Below, piece by piece: positions 12,950 through 24,628 of a stretch of DNA of 58,672 nt. Below the pieces are notes generated by a model, which was not told where the DNA came from, searched no databases, and worked only from the letters and a program-made list of their open reading frames with translations. The translations under genes and the position numbers were made by a program. This DNA comes from Chromera velia (taxonomy: Eukaryota): the NCBI GenBank assembly GCA_018398765.1, contig JAHBMJ010000037.1, positions 1 through 58,672 of the forward strand, given 5' to 3'. Numbering within the stretch: position 1 is the stretch's first letter; each line of letters starts with the position of its first letter.

Positions 12950-14587
12950 CCGCAACAAAGGAGGAGATAGACTCTGGGATACACAGGGTGGTGGCCCTCA
13001 AGGAATGGCTGGTGAAGATTGTGGGAAACAAGGTCCTGGGAAGGAAGGTGAAGAAGGCGGAGGTACGTGCGGTGGTGGGAATGGGGTGGCGATGCACATG
13101 GAAGGAGCAGGACGTCGACGGGTTAAGGAAGCCAAAGTGTCGCTTTTTTGCGAAGCGCTTTCTCAATGATAGGTCCGTCGACACATATGTCGGTACCCCC
13201 TCGGTGGCGGGTATCAACTATGTAGCTCTGTTCATTGTGTCGCAGAAAATGGAGATGGGGGCGGCAGACGTTACTGCTGCCTTCCTGATGTTGAAGGATC
13301 ACAACCAGGAGAGGGTCAGTACAACCCTTCCGAAGGTCCTTCCCGAGTACCCCAAGGAGTCCCCATTTCCGGACGTCCCTCAGGAGAGGTATGAGGAGCT
13401 CATGAAGGAAGCCCGCAAGTTTGAGGCGGGGGAGACGTATCTCATAGAGATGGGTCTCTATGGGCTGCCTTGTGCAACGCAGCTCTTCGACGCCAAATTG
13501 GAGGGGGTCTGCAAGAAATTGGGCTTTTGGCGTGTGGACACGGCGATCCGAGTCATTGTCACAGGGAAGAAGGGGGAGCCCACCATAGCGGTCATCATGA
13601 ATTAGATCGATGACTTGCTGACGGGAGCCAGCAAGGAGGAGTACGGGAAGCTTCAGGCCACCCTCAATAAGGAGGTGAGGTTTGGCTCGGTGTATGTCAT
13701 TAGGCAGGGCTCTGAGCAAAAGTTCTCTGGGGTCGACATAGAGAGAGTGGGACCAAGAGAAGTGATTCTCTCCCAGGCCTCTTACTTGGAGAATACCAAC
13801 ACCGCTCCCCTCAGAATCTGGGAGATTTTGAAGGAACGGCGCACCCAGAAGCCCTGGAGAGGTCTCGACGGGAAGTTAGCAGAGCCGTCAAAGAACGAGG
13901 AGGTAGATGAGGCCTACGAGAAGCCGTTGCGGACTGCAGTAGGTACACTGCAGTGGGGGGTGAGGATGTGTGAGGCATACTGTAGCTCAGAGCCTCACCA
14001 AGCCTTCGAAGAGAATTTTCAAGACCGTCGTTCGGGTCTTGGAGGTGATGAAGGCAAACCCTGATAAGAGGATCTTCAGGGGGATTCGGGGGAACCCGGT
14101 CGTGCACGCGTATTTCGACGCTGCCTTTGTCTTGGCAACCTACGGGGCACGTCTGGAGTACGCCATCAGGGTCCTCGACTCCTGTTTTCTCCCTGCCTGT
14201 GATGAGAAGGAGGCCCTGTTCCTCAATTGGATCGCGTGAGCAACTAAGCGAGCATCTAGGAGGATGGGGTCATCGACTTTGGGAGAAGCTCTCGGTCTCG
14301 AGTTTCTCTTAAAGAAGCTGGCAGAGATCCTCCATCTGCTGAAGGAGATGTGGCAGAACTTGCTGCAGAAGGAGAGAATCAGGGTGATCATCTATACCAA
14401 CTCCGGTCCCCTCCACGACTAAGTCCAGTCTGGGAAGGCCCAGACTGACTCCACAATGCAGGGAGTTTTAGCCTGGTACATGCAGGAGCTGAAGGCGGCC
14501 GGAGCCGACCTGGTCTGGACCTTCCGCAAGAGAAACGTCGCCAACGTCCTCACAAAATGCGCTCTCCCAGGAGGGGAGCTGGTATGA
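12950..14587 (+). pseudogene. Copia reverse transcriptase and RNase H
   Basis: VVGMGWRCTWK...KPKCRFFAK; AADVTAAFL; GLYGL; N*IDDLL (YVDD-type); AYFDAAF; SSTLGEA; ENVANVLTK (AD.LTK motif). Confidence 0.9.
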
Positions 14588-15854
14588 GGCGTAGACAACG
14601 GGGTGGAAAGAGAGGAGTAAAGGCGTGGGGGGCAGTGTGTTGTGTTTGTGTTTGTACATATGTGGCAGCAGGAGCTGCCCCTCTGCGTCTTCGATCGTTT
14701 TTGGTATGAAAAGAGGGCCTAGGTGGGCATTTTGTTTGTCGTTTTATTCATGAGGTGATGGCGCTTTCTGTTCGTTTTCTGTTTCTGCTTTTTACCTGTG
14801 CTTCCCTTCCCTCTCATCTGTTCGTGATTGCTGCCCCTCCACCATGGAGGGAGCAGTCAGAGAAGCGAGGTAACAGGGGGGGGGCGGAAGCCAATGAAGC
14901 AGAGTAGATATAGGCAACTTATTTTTCTATTAGTCTCGTGCTTTCCCCTCTCTCATTCTGACTTCTTTAGCAAGGACGCATGCAGGATTGATGAATGAAA
15001 GTGGGGCCAGCGCGAAGGCGCTCTGGCAGGGTGGGGCCGCAGACTTCAGCAGGTGTGCTGCGGGATGCGGCAGTCAGGCAGGAAAGTAAGAGGTGGTTAG
15101 GCATAGGAAAGGAGAAGCGTATGCATGGTGTAGACAGGTCTGTCCTTATCACCACACAGAGGCAAAGGCAAAGGGGAAAAAGGGTGTGGAGCCTGGGTGG
15201 CTTCACTAATTCATCAACAGAGCTTAGATCTCATTTGCTTTTTGCATCCCTGCTCTGGAAGTATACTGATTTCCTTGCCGTTACGAAGGTAGGGGAGGGA
15301 TGTAAAAAGTCCTTCCTTCAACAGCCTTCTAAGTCAAATCTATCCCAAACGGTCTCCAACATCAAAACGGTCTCCAAAAAAAAGTAAAATAAAAAATATT
15401 TTTATGTTGTTTAAAGACATTTAAATGATACAAACGAGTGTCAAAACGCTTTTTAAACTCTAATTTTAATCAATTCATTCATCAATCATTTTATATGTAT
15501 ATTATGCATTTCAAAAATTATAATTTAAAAATTATATATTTATGTAGGCCGATATATTGTATATACCTAAGTGTATATAGATTAATTCATGCATTTATGT
15601 ATAAAATAAAAAAGTATCTCCTATTTAATTGGCTATTTAGTTTTTTAACACTTACTTCTAGCTAGTAGCTACTTTGAACAACAGTTTTGATTATTGATCT
15701 AGTAACGTTTTTGTAATTTACGAAATGATATTACAATATGTACCACAATTAATGTTTTAATATAATAAAATTATCTATCAATCAATCAATCAATCAATCA
15801 ATATTCTAAGCATCAACTCAAATATAGTGGACTTCAAGGCACGTTTCCTAAATT

Positions 15855-15918
<64 letters not shown>

Positions 15919-18026
15919 ACATGCATGCACCTGCCAATGGCCAGGAAACCTCAGAGTCTTTTACATGCAATTCACAACAAATCAACAGATGCAGATACAG
16001 ACCATGCACAGGAGAGAGAAAAAACGCTGTAAGGAAACGGTTACCTCCCCTATGCTGTTGGACTGTCTCTGTTTTTGTCTTTTTCCTGTCTCTAACTCTC
16101 TCTTTCTCTCTCTCTCTCCCTCTGCCTCTTTGTGAAGGGAAAAAGGAGAAGGGGGAAAGAGAGGATGGAGGCCGAAGAAGAAGGAAAGCGATGGATAATT
16201 TTGTACACAATCAATCGAGCACGCTCTTGTCTCCTCGTTCGCACTGCCGAATCAACCATTTTTTCCCCCTCAACGATTTTGCGAAGTCCTTCCAGCAGAC
16301 ATCCATCCAGTCATAAACTTGGTCCAAGAGGGCAAAAGGGAGGAGTCCAGCCTTTGTAAGATCGAATCCCCAGTACACCACGGTATCCATCGACTCCGTG
16401 CTGACCTGGTTGCACAGAGAGTGAACGTTAAAGACATCATTAGCATCGAATCATCGGACCTTCACCTCTTTTGAGGAAATTACTTCCAGAACCTGAGATA
16501 GCAGAGGCAAAGTAAAGAATGGCTTTGTGTGTATTCGATGAATAACCGTGCATCGATTTCAGTTCTTTGCGTGCGGCAGTCATAAACACAAACCAGACAT
16601 GGACCTTTAATTTTTTATATTGTGCAGTATACATTTGTACAGTGCACCGCGGTGTACATTACCAGACGTTACAACACTTTGAAAATTGCAAACCAGCGCG
16701 AAGGCTCAAAACACATGCCAGCAAGCCACTGCAGCGAGAACAGCTGAGACCTGCCTTGGCAATCCAGACAGGGACCCTCTCCTCGTCGGCGTCTGGGTTG
16801 AACATGATTATGTCACCCTTGTCGACTTTGTTGAACTTCCCTCTGAGGACACAGGAGCCATTTTCCAGGTTGTCGAAGAAGGAACAGACTAGTTTTTTGG
16901 GGGAGAGAAGGTCGTTTTGGTGGTCCAGCTCAGAAATGCCTTCCTCCCGCTCCTGACCAAACTGGGCCGGATGTTCATCGATAAAGTCCCTGACTTCCTG
17001 TGCTGCAGGCATAGTAAGGATATGTTGAAGATCCACAACTAATCAAGACAATCTAGAGAATTTTGAGTGCCAAAACAGAAACTGAAAAAGGTGAAACCAT
17101 GGAAAGATGGATACTTATTTGTGTAAACGCTCTCGTCTTTTCTTTCTCATTTACTTTTTCCTTTCATTTTCTGCACAAGCTGACCCACTTCGTGCTCTTT
17201 TTCTGGGATGCTCTTCTCCTCCCTGGCTGGCACGGTAGTCGTTCTACTGTGCATGTGCCGCGTGCAACTTCTTCATTGCTTCGTCAAGCCGGTGACGAAA
17301 AGCTTCTTTGAAGTTGACAGCTCTGCAAAAATAGGAGGGACAGAAGATACAAACGAGAGATGGCAGGAAGCAGGTGAAAAAGAATAAAAAAAGTAACAGT
17401 CTCTGTATTGCAGCTGTATGTGTGCAAGTACAGATCAAAGAATAAGTCAAAAGAACACTCACTTCAAGGAAGCATGAAGAAAATATGAGTATAAGATATG
17501 ATGCAAATCAAGGAAGAGAAGTATGCCAAATTAATTGAATAAGTAGAACCTCTCGGAATGCAATTTTTCGCTGACTGACCGTGGAGTTCTGTACTCCACC
17601 ATATTCCTCAACCATCTCAGATCGTCGAAAAACACTGCCGTGGGAAACTTCTTTTCCCACTGGTTGAAGGTTCTAAGAAGCTCCTGCTTGTTGTCGAACT
17701 CAGTGGGCAACACTTGCTCAATAATTCTGCACACAGGTCAGATGAGTGTGGATACAGTCATCCTATACAGTCTTGCCGAATTACGAGCGCATACTTTCAA
17801 GACAAAATCAGCACCTGCAACCAGCTAGAAGGCACCCCCCCTCTAATCGATGCACCTACTCCATGTCTCCAAAAGCTTCCTCAGAAACTGGACGAACGGA
17901 CGGGCAAAGGAGTAAACCGAGTCTGTCAGCCATTCCTTCCACTTGACGTAGACCGTGACTGCACCATCCTGATCAACCCCCCCCCTGGAAACGACAAACT
18001 TGTGTGCACGGTTGATATCTGCAAAA

Positions 18027-18138
18027 CATACACACATACACACAGACATACACACATACACACACACACATACACACACACACACACACAGAGAGACACA
18101 CATACACACACACACATATACACATATGTACATACACA

Positions 18139-18181
<43 letters not shown>

Positions 18182-18226
18182 ACACACACACACATACACA
18201 CACACACACACACATACACACACACA

Positions 18227-18305
<79 letters not shown>

Positions 18306-18346
18306 ACATACACATGCGCGCGTACGCATGCACACATACACACACA

Positions 18347-18378
<32 letters not shown>

Positions 18379-18391
18379 TACACATATATAC
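18027..18391. repeat. Long imperfect (CA)n/(CACATA) microsatellite in a transposase intron
   Basis: Read directly. It produces the spurious HTHT/CVCV ORFs in the track. Confidence 0.97.
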
Positions 18392-20947
18392 AGAAGGAGA
18401 GTGAGAGGGAGAGGGAGACAGAGACAGAGAGAGTAAGCGGAGAGAAAGAGACACATAGACTTTTGTCCTGTATGTATGTGGGTATGTGTGTGGGAGTGTG
18501 TGTCTGTGTATGTGACAGTCGCAATTTACATGTGGAGCATCTTTTATAGCCATCAATTGACACAGGCTCAAGCGATCTGTTGTAGTCTAATAGAAAAAGA
18601 CAATGACAAAAAAGCACGGGCATTTTCACATTGATTCCGTGCACTAACACTTAAAGCGAGTGATGTACAGGCTGAGGAACTGCTTGAAATTAATAATGTC
18701 GTCCAAGAAGTCGCACTCGATCTTTTTCAGTGACTGCAACCAAATTTGCTGGAGCTGTTCGTAGGTCGCGAAGTTTTTTTGGAAGAGCGCCCTGCAGACA
18801 ATCGACATATATTCAGCAGTGATAGCGATTCCATGCAGACAAGAATACAATCTTGCCGTCCCAATTGGAGTGACGCGTAATGCCGCGTGAATGCAATAAG
18901 AAATGCGTGGTCCATTTGAATGGAAGAGGAGATCTTGAAGCCATTTGGTTGTGCTACATGATACCGCAATGCACCATAATACGAATGTGTTATACCGACT
19001 TACTTGGCCATCTTTGTGAACAAGGCATCGAACCAGTTATGGGTATGGCCAACCATCAGAAAGAGGATGCCAATTTCCTGTAAACCGAATCTGAGAGCCA
19101 CTAACAGGGCTACAAATGCCAATGCAGTATGGTTTTTGCCTTCCCTCGACGTGTTGTCTACCACCTACCATATAGTGGAAGGGACATATCCCACTTGGAT
19201 CTGCAAAATTAATGAAACCCGACTAAGTCTCAGACTGTTTTTTGTCTACACAAGCCCTCAAAACAAAGTTGGCAGGGAATCACTGAGTCAGACAAGTGGT
19301 CGCACAAACACGAAAAACAAAGCTAACCAGCATACAAATTTGTGGAGGACACGAAACGACTGACCACCGTTCGCACCAAACCCCAGAAGAGAGCCGAGCA
19401 ACACATGTTAGCATCGTGTTTGACATCTTTGAAGAGGGAGAAGATTGACTGGGCCCGTCAACTGTGACTACAACGTTGTGCATGTCTAGCCGAGGAAGAC
19501 CGGCCATGCCTTTTGCCTTCTCCGTGCTTCGGACTATCGGCAGGGAAGTCTTTGCCATGTCCATTCCATCCTCACCAAAGAGCCACGCCTTAGGGCCCAC
19601 CCCGTAGGGAGAGCAGGACTCTCTGGCGAGGTGTTGGCGATGCGATATAACGATGCGCTGTGCCGACTACGGATACTGGTAGACAAAGAACGGAGGAAGA
19701 CAGGGCAGAAAGAGATAAGAGAGGAAGTGATGAAATAAGACACAGAGATGCGATTTACACGAATGTGGAACACGGACAAAACAAGTGAAAAAGTGATAGA
19801 GAGGATTCCGAACGCAGAGAGCCAAAGACACACACATACGTACGCACTCACGTTCACACGCACACGGACGCCACACAACACACACACATATATACACATA
19901 CATATACACACATTGTTTTGCACACAGTGGAAGGCAAGCAGGCAAACGAGAGATGCATTGAGGCGCAACGGGAGATAGGCGGGGGGCTTTATAAGTGTCC
20001 GGGGTAAAGCGACAGACTTGTTTCTCGAAATGTTCACCCAGCAGCCTCAAGCACTCTTCTTGAATAGCTGGATCGGTTGTCGTTGCCGCAATATGGTGTA
20101 ACTACTCATACACAGGGCATTTCTGGAACGGCATAGCCTGAAGTAGAAAAAAAAGATGACACACAAAAAACTAATCCAGAAAAGAATACAGCATTTCGTA
20201 AAAGGACGAAAGTTTAGCGTCGCGTCGTGCACAGAGAGGAGGGCTGGAAAGAGATGGACAAAAAGAGAATCAGGCTACAGAAGACAGCCTCGCTTCCAGA
20301 ATTCAACAGGCCTCCGCTGACCTTCCTCATATATACATGGGGGAACTCCACTTTCCACACCTCGAGGAAGAGGGACAGCGACGGCCACATCGACTCGGGG
20401 TAGCTGAGGATTTCTGTTATCCGGTGCTTCAGCTGAAGCCAGTAGAAGCATTTCCGAGATGCAGGAAGGAGAATCATTGTAACAACCGGAGAAAAGTCTC
20501 CGGAAGTTATGACGTACCTGCAGAGCCGGCAAAGAAAAAAACGTAAAAGAAAGTCCTCCGAGGACCTCTCTGCATATCTGGCTGGAACAAGTCAATAAGA
20601 ACAGGTTGAAGAAAATTCTATACATTTCTGCATGTGAGCTGGTCGAAGAGAATGGGGCTGAGGAGAGGGTCAAGTAGACACGATGACAAGCTGATGTACG
20701 CCAACGTATCTGCAACCTAGATCTGCAACCGGGAGCAAAAGTTGAGTTACATCAATTAAGCTTCACCTTCCAAAGATAATGTTGGTGAGAATGTACTTTT
20801 TAGCTCTCAGCGTTTGTGCCAGAGAAAGGTCTTCCCGAAGCACCGGAATATGATATCCTGTAGCCAACACTTTTGATGAGTGTTTGCTAGCCGAACTCAT
20901 CAGTAGAATTCTGGAGGACCGAGAATGAGAGAGAGAGAGAGAGAGAG

Positions 20948-20983
<36 letters not shown>

Positions 20984-21694
20984 AACAAAGAGAGAGAACC
21001 CGACAAGCGGGTGAGGTTGGAATCGCGAAAAATAACATGAGTGGCCGAGACATGCAGCGGACGAAATATCAGAACTTGAAGAAGAGGCGCAGGAAGAAAA
21101 CCGTCATGCATATGACGCCTGCTAGAGAATCTATGAATGGTGGTCATTTGATGCAGGAAATATAGACTTACTCACCCTTCAGACTCCACGCCCGGCACTC
21201 GGTGAGAACGCGAGAGGAAATCCCTGTAAGCATTATGAACAGTTCCTTATAGACCCGACTCCCAAGGAATATGTAGGGCATCTTCCACCCCTCATCATCA
21301 TCACCCCCGTCTTCCACCTGCCCCCCTGATTCGGCTTCGCGGGAGGTCTGGAAGAAGTCCATGATCAGCTTGTACCGAGATGATTTGGGCAGAATGTAAA
21401 AGTCTTTTCGCCACTTCTGCACGCCCAGAAGAAGGGTGCTATTATCACGTCCTCCTGTGAAAGCCTGGACTCCCAAACAGGTCTTGGTGTGCTTGGCGGA
21501 CTGACCGGGCTTGCAGAACTGCAACACCAGAGAATACCAGAGAAAAAAAGGAATAAAATGAACAAGGAAAACGGCGGAAGTGAGGATTAGAGGAGAGGGT
21601 CCTACAGATGAGATGAAGGCCCCCGGAAAGCGATAAAAATTGTGTTCAGTTTGAGTCTTACTAAGAGTGGGGTGAATCAGTAATCCGTGAAAGT

Positions 21695-22114
21695 GAAGGA
21701 CACACTCTCTCTTTCTGTCAGACAGACAGACATTAAATGACACAGAGAAAGTTCCTTTTCCGTCTGTCTCTCTGCCTGCGTGCCTTTCTTATTCGTTTCC
21801 TCTTTTGTTCAGTCAAACAGAAAAGAACATACAGAGAGAGGGGTATGAGAGAGAAAGAGCGAGAGCGAGCGAGGAAGGACGGAAGGAAAAAAGGAGGAAG
21901 CCTGATCCTGCCTTCTCTGGACGTCTCTTCAGTTCAAAGCCCCCTTCCTCTACACACATATAAGGACACACTCTCTCTCTCAGTCACTGACAGACAGACA
22001 GAAAATGACAGAGACAAAGTTCCTTTTTCCGTCTGTCTCTCTGTCTGCATGCCTTTCTTGTTCGTTTCCTCCTCTGCTTAGTCAAACAGAAAAGAACATA
22101 CAGAGAGAGGGGTA

Positions 22115-22148
<34 letters not shown>

Positions 22149-22163
22149 TGTGTGTGTGTGTGT

Positions 22164-22194
<31 letters not shown>

Positions 22195-22461
22195 TGTCAC
22201 CGAGCGAGCGGGGAAGGACGGAAGGAAAAAAGGAGGAAGCCCGATCCCGCCTTCTCTGGACGTCTCGTCAGTTCAAAGCCCCCTTCCTCTACACATATAC
22301 AAGGACACTCTCTCTCTCTCTCAGACAGACAGAAAATGACAGAGACAAAGTTCTTTTTTCCGTCTGTCTCTCTGTCTACGTGCCTTTCTTGTTCGTTTCC
22401 TCCTCTGCTCAGTCAAACAAAAAAGAACATACAGAGAGAGGGGTATATGTGTGTGTGTGTA

Positions 22462-22496
<35 letters not shown>

Positions 22497-22775
22497 AAGT
22501 GTCACCGAGCGAGCGGGGAAGGACGGAAGGAGAAAAAGAGGAAGCCCGATCCCGCCTTCTCTGGATGTCTCGTCAGTTCAAGGCCCCCTTCTTCTACACA
22601 CATACAAGGACACTCTCTCTCTCTCTCAGACAGACAGAAAATGACAGAGAGAAAGTTGCTTTTTCCGTCTGTCTCTCTGTCTACATGCCTTTCTTGTTCG
22701 TTTCCTCCTCTGCTCAGTCAAACAGAAAAGAACATAGAGAGAGAGGGGGGGGTGTATAATGTGTGTGTGTGTGTG
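21695..22775. repeat. Tandem repeat, about 3.5 copies of a 270-330 bp unit, inside the Sola-like element
   Basis: An AAATGACA(C/G)AGA anchor recurs at about 21735, 22003, 22334 and 22639. Length varies through internal TG/AG tracts. Confidence 0.93.
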
Positions 22776-23989
22776 TAGAAGAATAATTCTTCTTCTCTCC
22801 ATCTCTTTCTGTCTCTGGAGAAGGAGGTCTCTAGCTGAGACTATGTATCCGACCGGCTGGCTGTCTGTCTACTTGTCTGAATGTGGGGATTGGAAGGGGG
22901 AGGGAGGGGGGTTGTTCATGCCTATCGCAGAGTAGATTCGCACTTTGCACCATTCGTATATCTCCTTCCATGCATCGTTCACGCATTCACTCAAATGAAT
23001 CACTTTTGCCGAAATCGATACGTTTGATTTATTATTCAATTCAATCTTCAAGTTTATATATAAAAAATGTGTGTTAACATTATATATACTAGTATATAGA
23101 CGTTTTATACTACAGTATAATTTTAAACTATATGTTATATATGTATAACATCACCCTCAATCTAGCTCTCAATATAGTTTTAATTACATTTTTTATAATG
23201 TTATAAGGCGTTTTAATATTTTTTAATCTCACTGTATCATTTATTGTGCTTCCAAGTTTTTTAAAACAAAGTTTTCTAAAAAAAAATAAAGAAAGTCAGA
23301 ATTAGTGTGGGAGTTAGGAGTCAGCATGTTTTGTTACATATATAGAATGATTAAACAATTGATGATTGAAATAAAAGTTTAAAAGGCGTTTTCATACTTT
23401 TTTATGTCATTTAAACTTCTTTTAACAATAGAAAAACGTTTTTTATTTTACTTTTTTTTGGAGACCGTTTTGATGTTGGAGACCGTTTGAGATAGATTTG
23501 ACTTTTCTTCAGGGAGGCCTTCAGTCTGTCTCCTTCTCTGTTCGTCAGAGGGAGGAGGGCTGTTGAAGGATGAATGCATTAATTCACTGCATGGCTGCGT
23601 GAATGTATGTGTCAGTGAGAATCCAGCCTAGGTGGCTGGGGGATTTGTTCGAGCAAGGCCCAGGTACTTTGTTTTTTTGTTCTTTGCTGTCTGCTCGCGT
23701 CATACGCAGACAGTGGCATCGTTTCCTAGAGAGGCAGGACAGAGTTTCAGGGAGGCCTGAACCATATTAGACAGGAGTCTATGTATGCATGCAAGAGGTC
23801 GATCGGTCGATCGCCTCCTACTGGCAAACGGCGCATTTGAGGAAAGAGAAGACTGTGTATGCATGCTGTGTCTTGGTCTAGAGATAAGACTCATAATAAA
23901 AGAATGGAGGAAGCTTGTCCTATCCCCTCTCCCCGAGGGGTGTGTGTGGAGCTGTCTTGTTTTGGGTTCGTGGGGCTCAGGAGGGGGTG

Positions 23990-24501
23990 TGTGAGATTAT
24001 ATCTCGGAGTCTATATCCTTTCGCCCACAATCACGCCCCCGCTTGGCTCTGCGAGCTAGGGCATGCCGCCGCGCAATGCATGAGACGTGAATGTGTCTTT
24101 GGTATATGCACAAGTCATTCATATCCGCGCGCATTCCGTGCACGTTAATTCGATCATTGACAATCGGTTCAATCGCATGCAGGTCTATGAGTCGAAGGAT
24201 GCACGGATATGTTGTAGACGTTCTTGCCAAACCTGGTAGTCCTAGCATCGATGTATTATATACCTGGCTCTCTGTGGTTTCTTCATACAGCAGCATCATA
24301 CAAGACTACTAAAAGGAGCTTTAATATAGATGGGAAGCATTAAATTTCTCTATAAGTTCATTTTGGTGTAGAAGTAGGCTCTACACTGAGAAGCAACGTT
24401 CCCTTAGTGATACGGATTCTAGGCGCCTAAGAAGGTAGCCCAAGACTACTGGACGTCGCTAAGAATCCCTCAGTGAGATCTTGCGAGGTTAGTAGTTCAC
24501 A
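23990..24501 (+). repeat. Putative 3' LTR of the Copia element
   Basis: Preceded by a purine tract (AGGAGGGGG). Termini TGTGA...TCACA. GC-rich first third like the other LTRs here. No partner copy in the window. Confidence 0.55.
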
Positions 24502-24628
24502 GAGGACCCGCAATTCCTCAGAAGGAATTATTTTGGAGGTGAAACCCAAATGCTGACTTTACCAATTCAAAGTCTTCCACCCACTCGGCACGGTAGCACC
24601 CGGAACATAAATCTTATCCTATGCTATC

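Larger units (their letters stand above)
16211..22919 (-). pseudogene. Multi-exon Sola/DUF7869-type transposase, disabled
   Basis: Exon peptides RVYKELFIMLTGISSRVL; SLSLFLEVWKVEFPHVYMRK; FQKCPVYE*; EDGMDMAKTSLP; exon 19004-19200 W*VVDNTSREGKN...FLMVGHTHNWFDALF. GT-AG boundaries are visible. 5' exons are tentative. Confidence 0.8.
15331..23504 (-). mobile_element. Sola-like cut-and-paste DNA transposon, 8.2 kb, both ends intact
   Basis: ~160-bp imperfect TIRs starting AAGTCAAATCTATCCCAAACGGTCTCCAACATCAAAACGGTCTCC. 4-bp TSD TTCT (15327-15330 / 23505-23508). Internal DDD-type transposase motifs. Superfamily assigned from motif and TSD length, not from a search. Confidence 0.85.
6537..24501 (+). 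mobile_element. Ty1/Copia LTR retrotransposon, decayed, carrying nested insertions; 5' part displaced by the Gypsy insertion
   Basis: Plus-strand order PR-IN-RT-RH is the Copia order. The right boundary is inferred from a purine tract followed by a TGTGA...TCACA segment at 23990-24501 and is less certain than the coding part. Confidence 0.75.

Noticed and set aside
14600..14971. Purine tract then TGTGTTG... as the Copia 3' LTR directly after RNase H
   Set aside because: No matching inverted terminus or partner copy. The 23990-24501 candidate fits better, though neither is proven.
17714..18650. Long His/Thr- and Cys/Val-rich ORFs
   Set aside because: Translations of a (CA)n microsatellite in an intron. 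Only the flanking exon pieces are real.
21695..22775. CRISPR-like array
   Set aside because: Whole ~300-bp units are repeated without unique spacers, the context is eukaryotic, and no cas genes are present.
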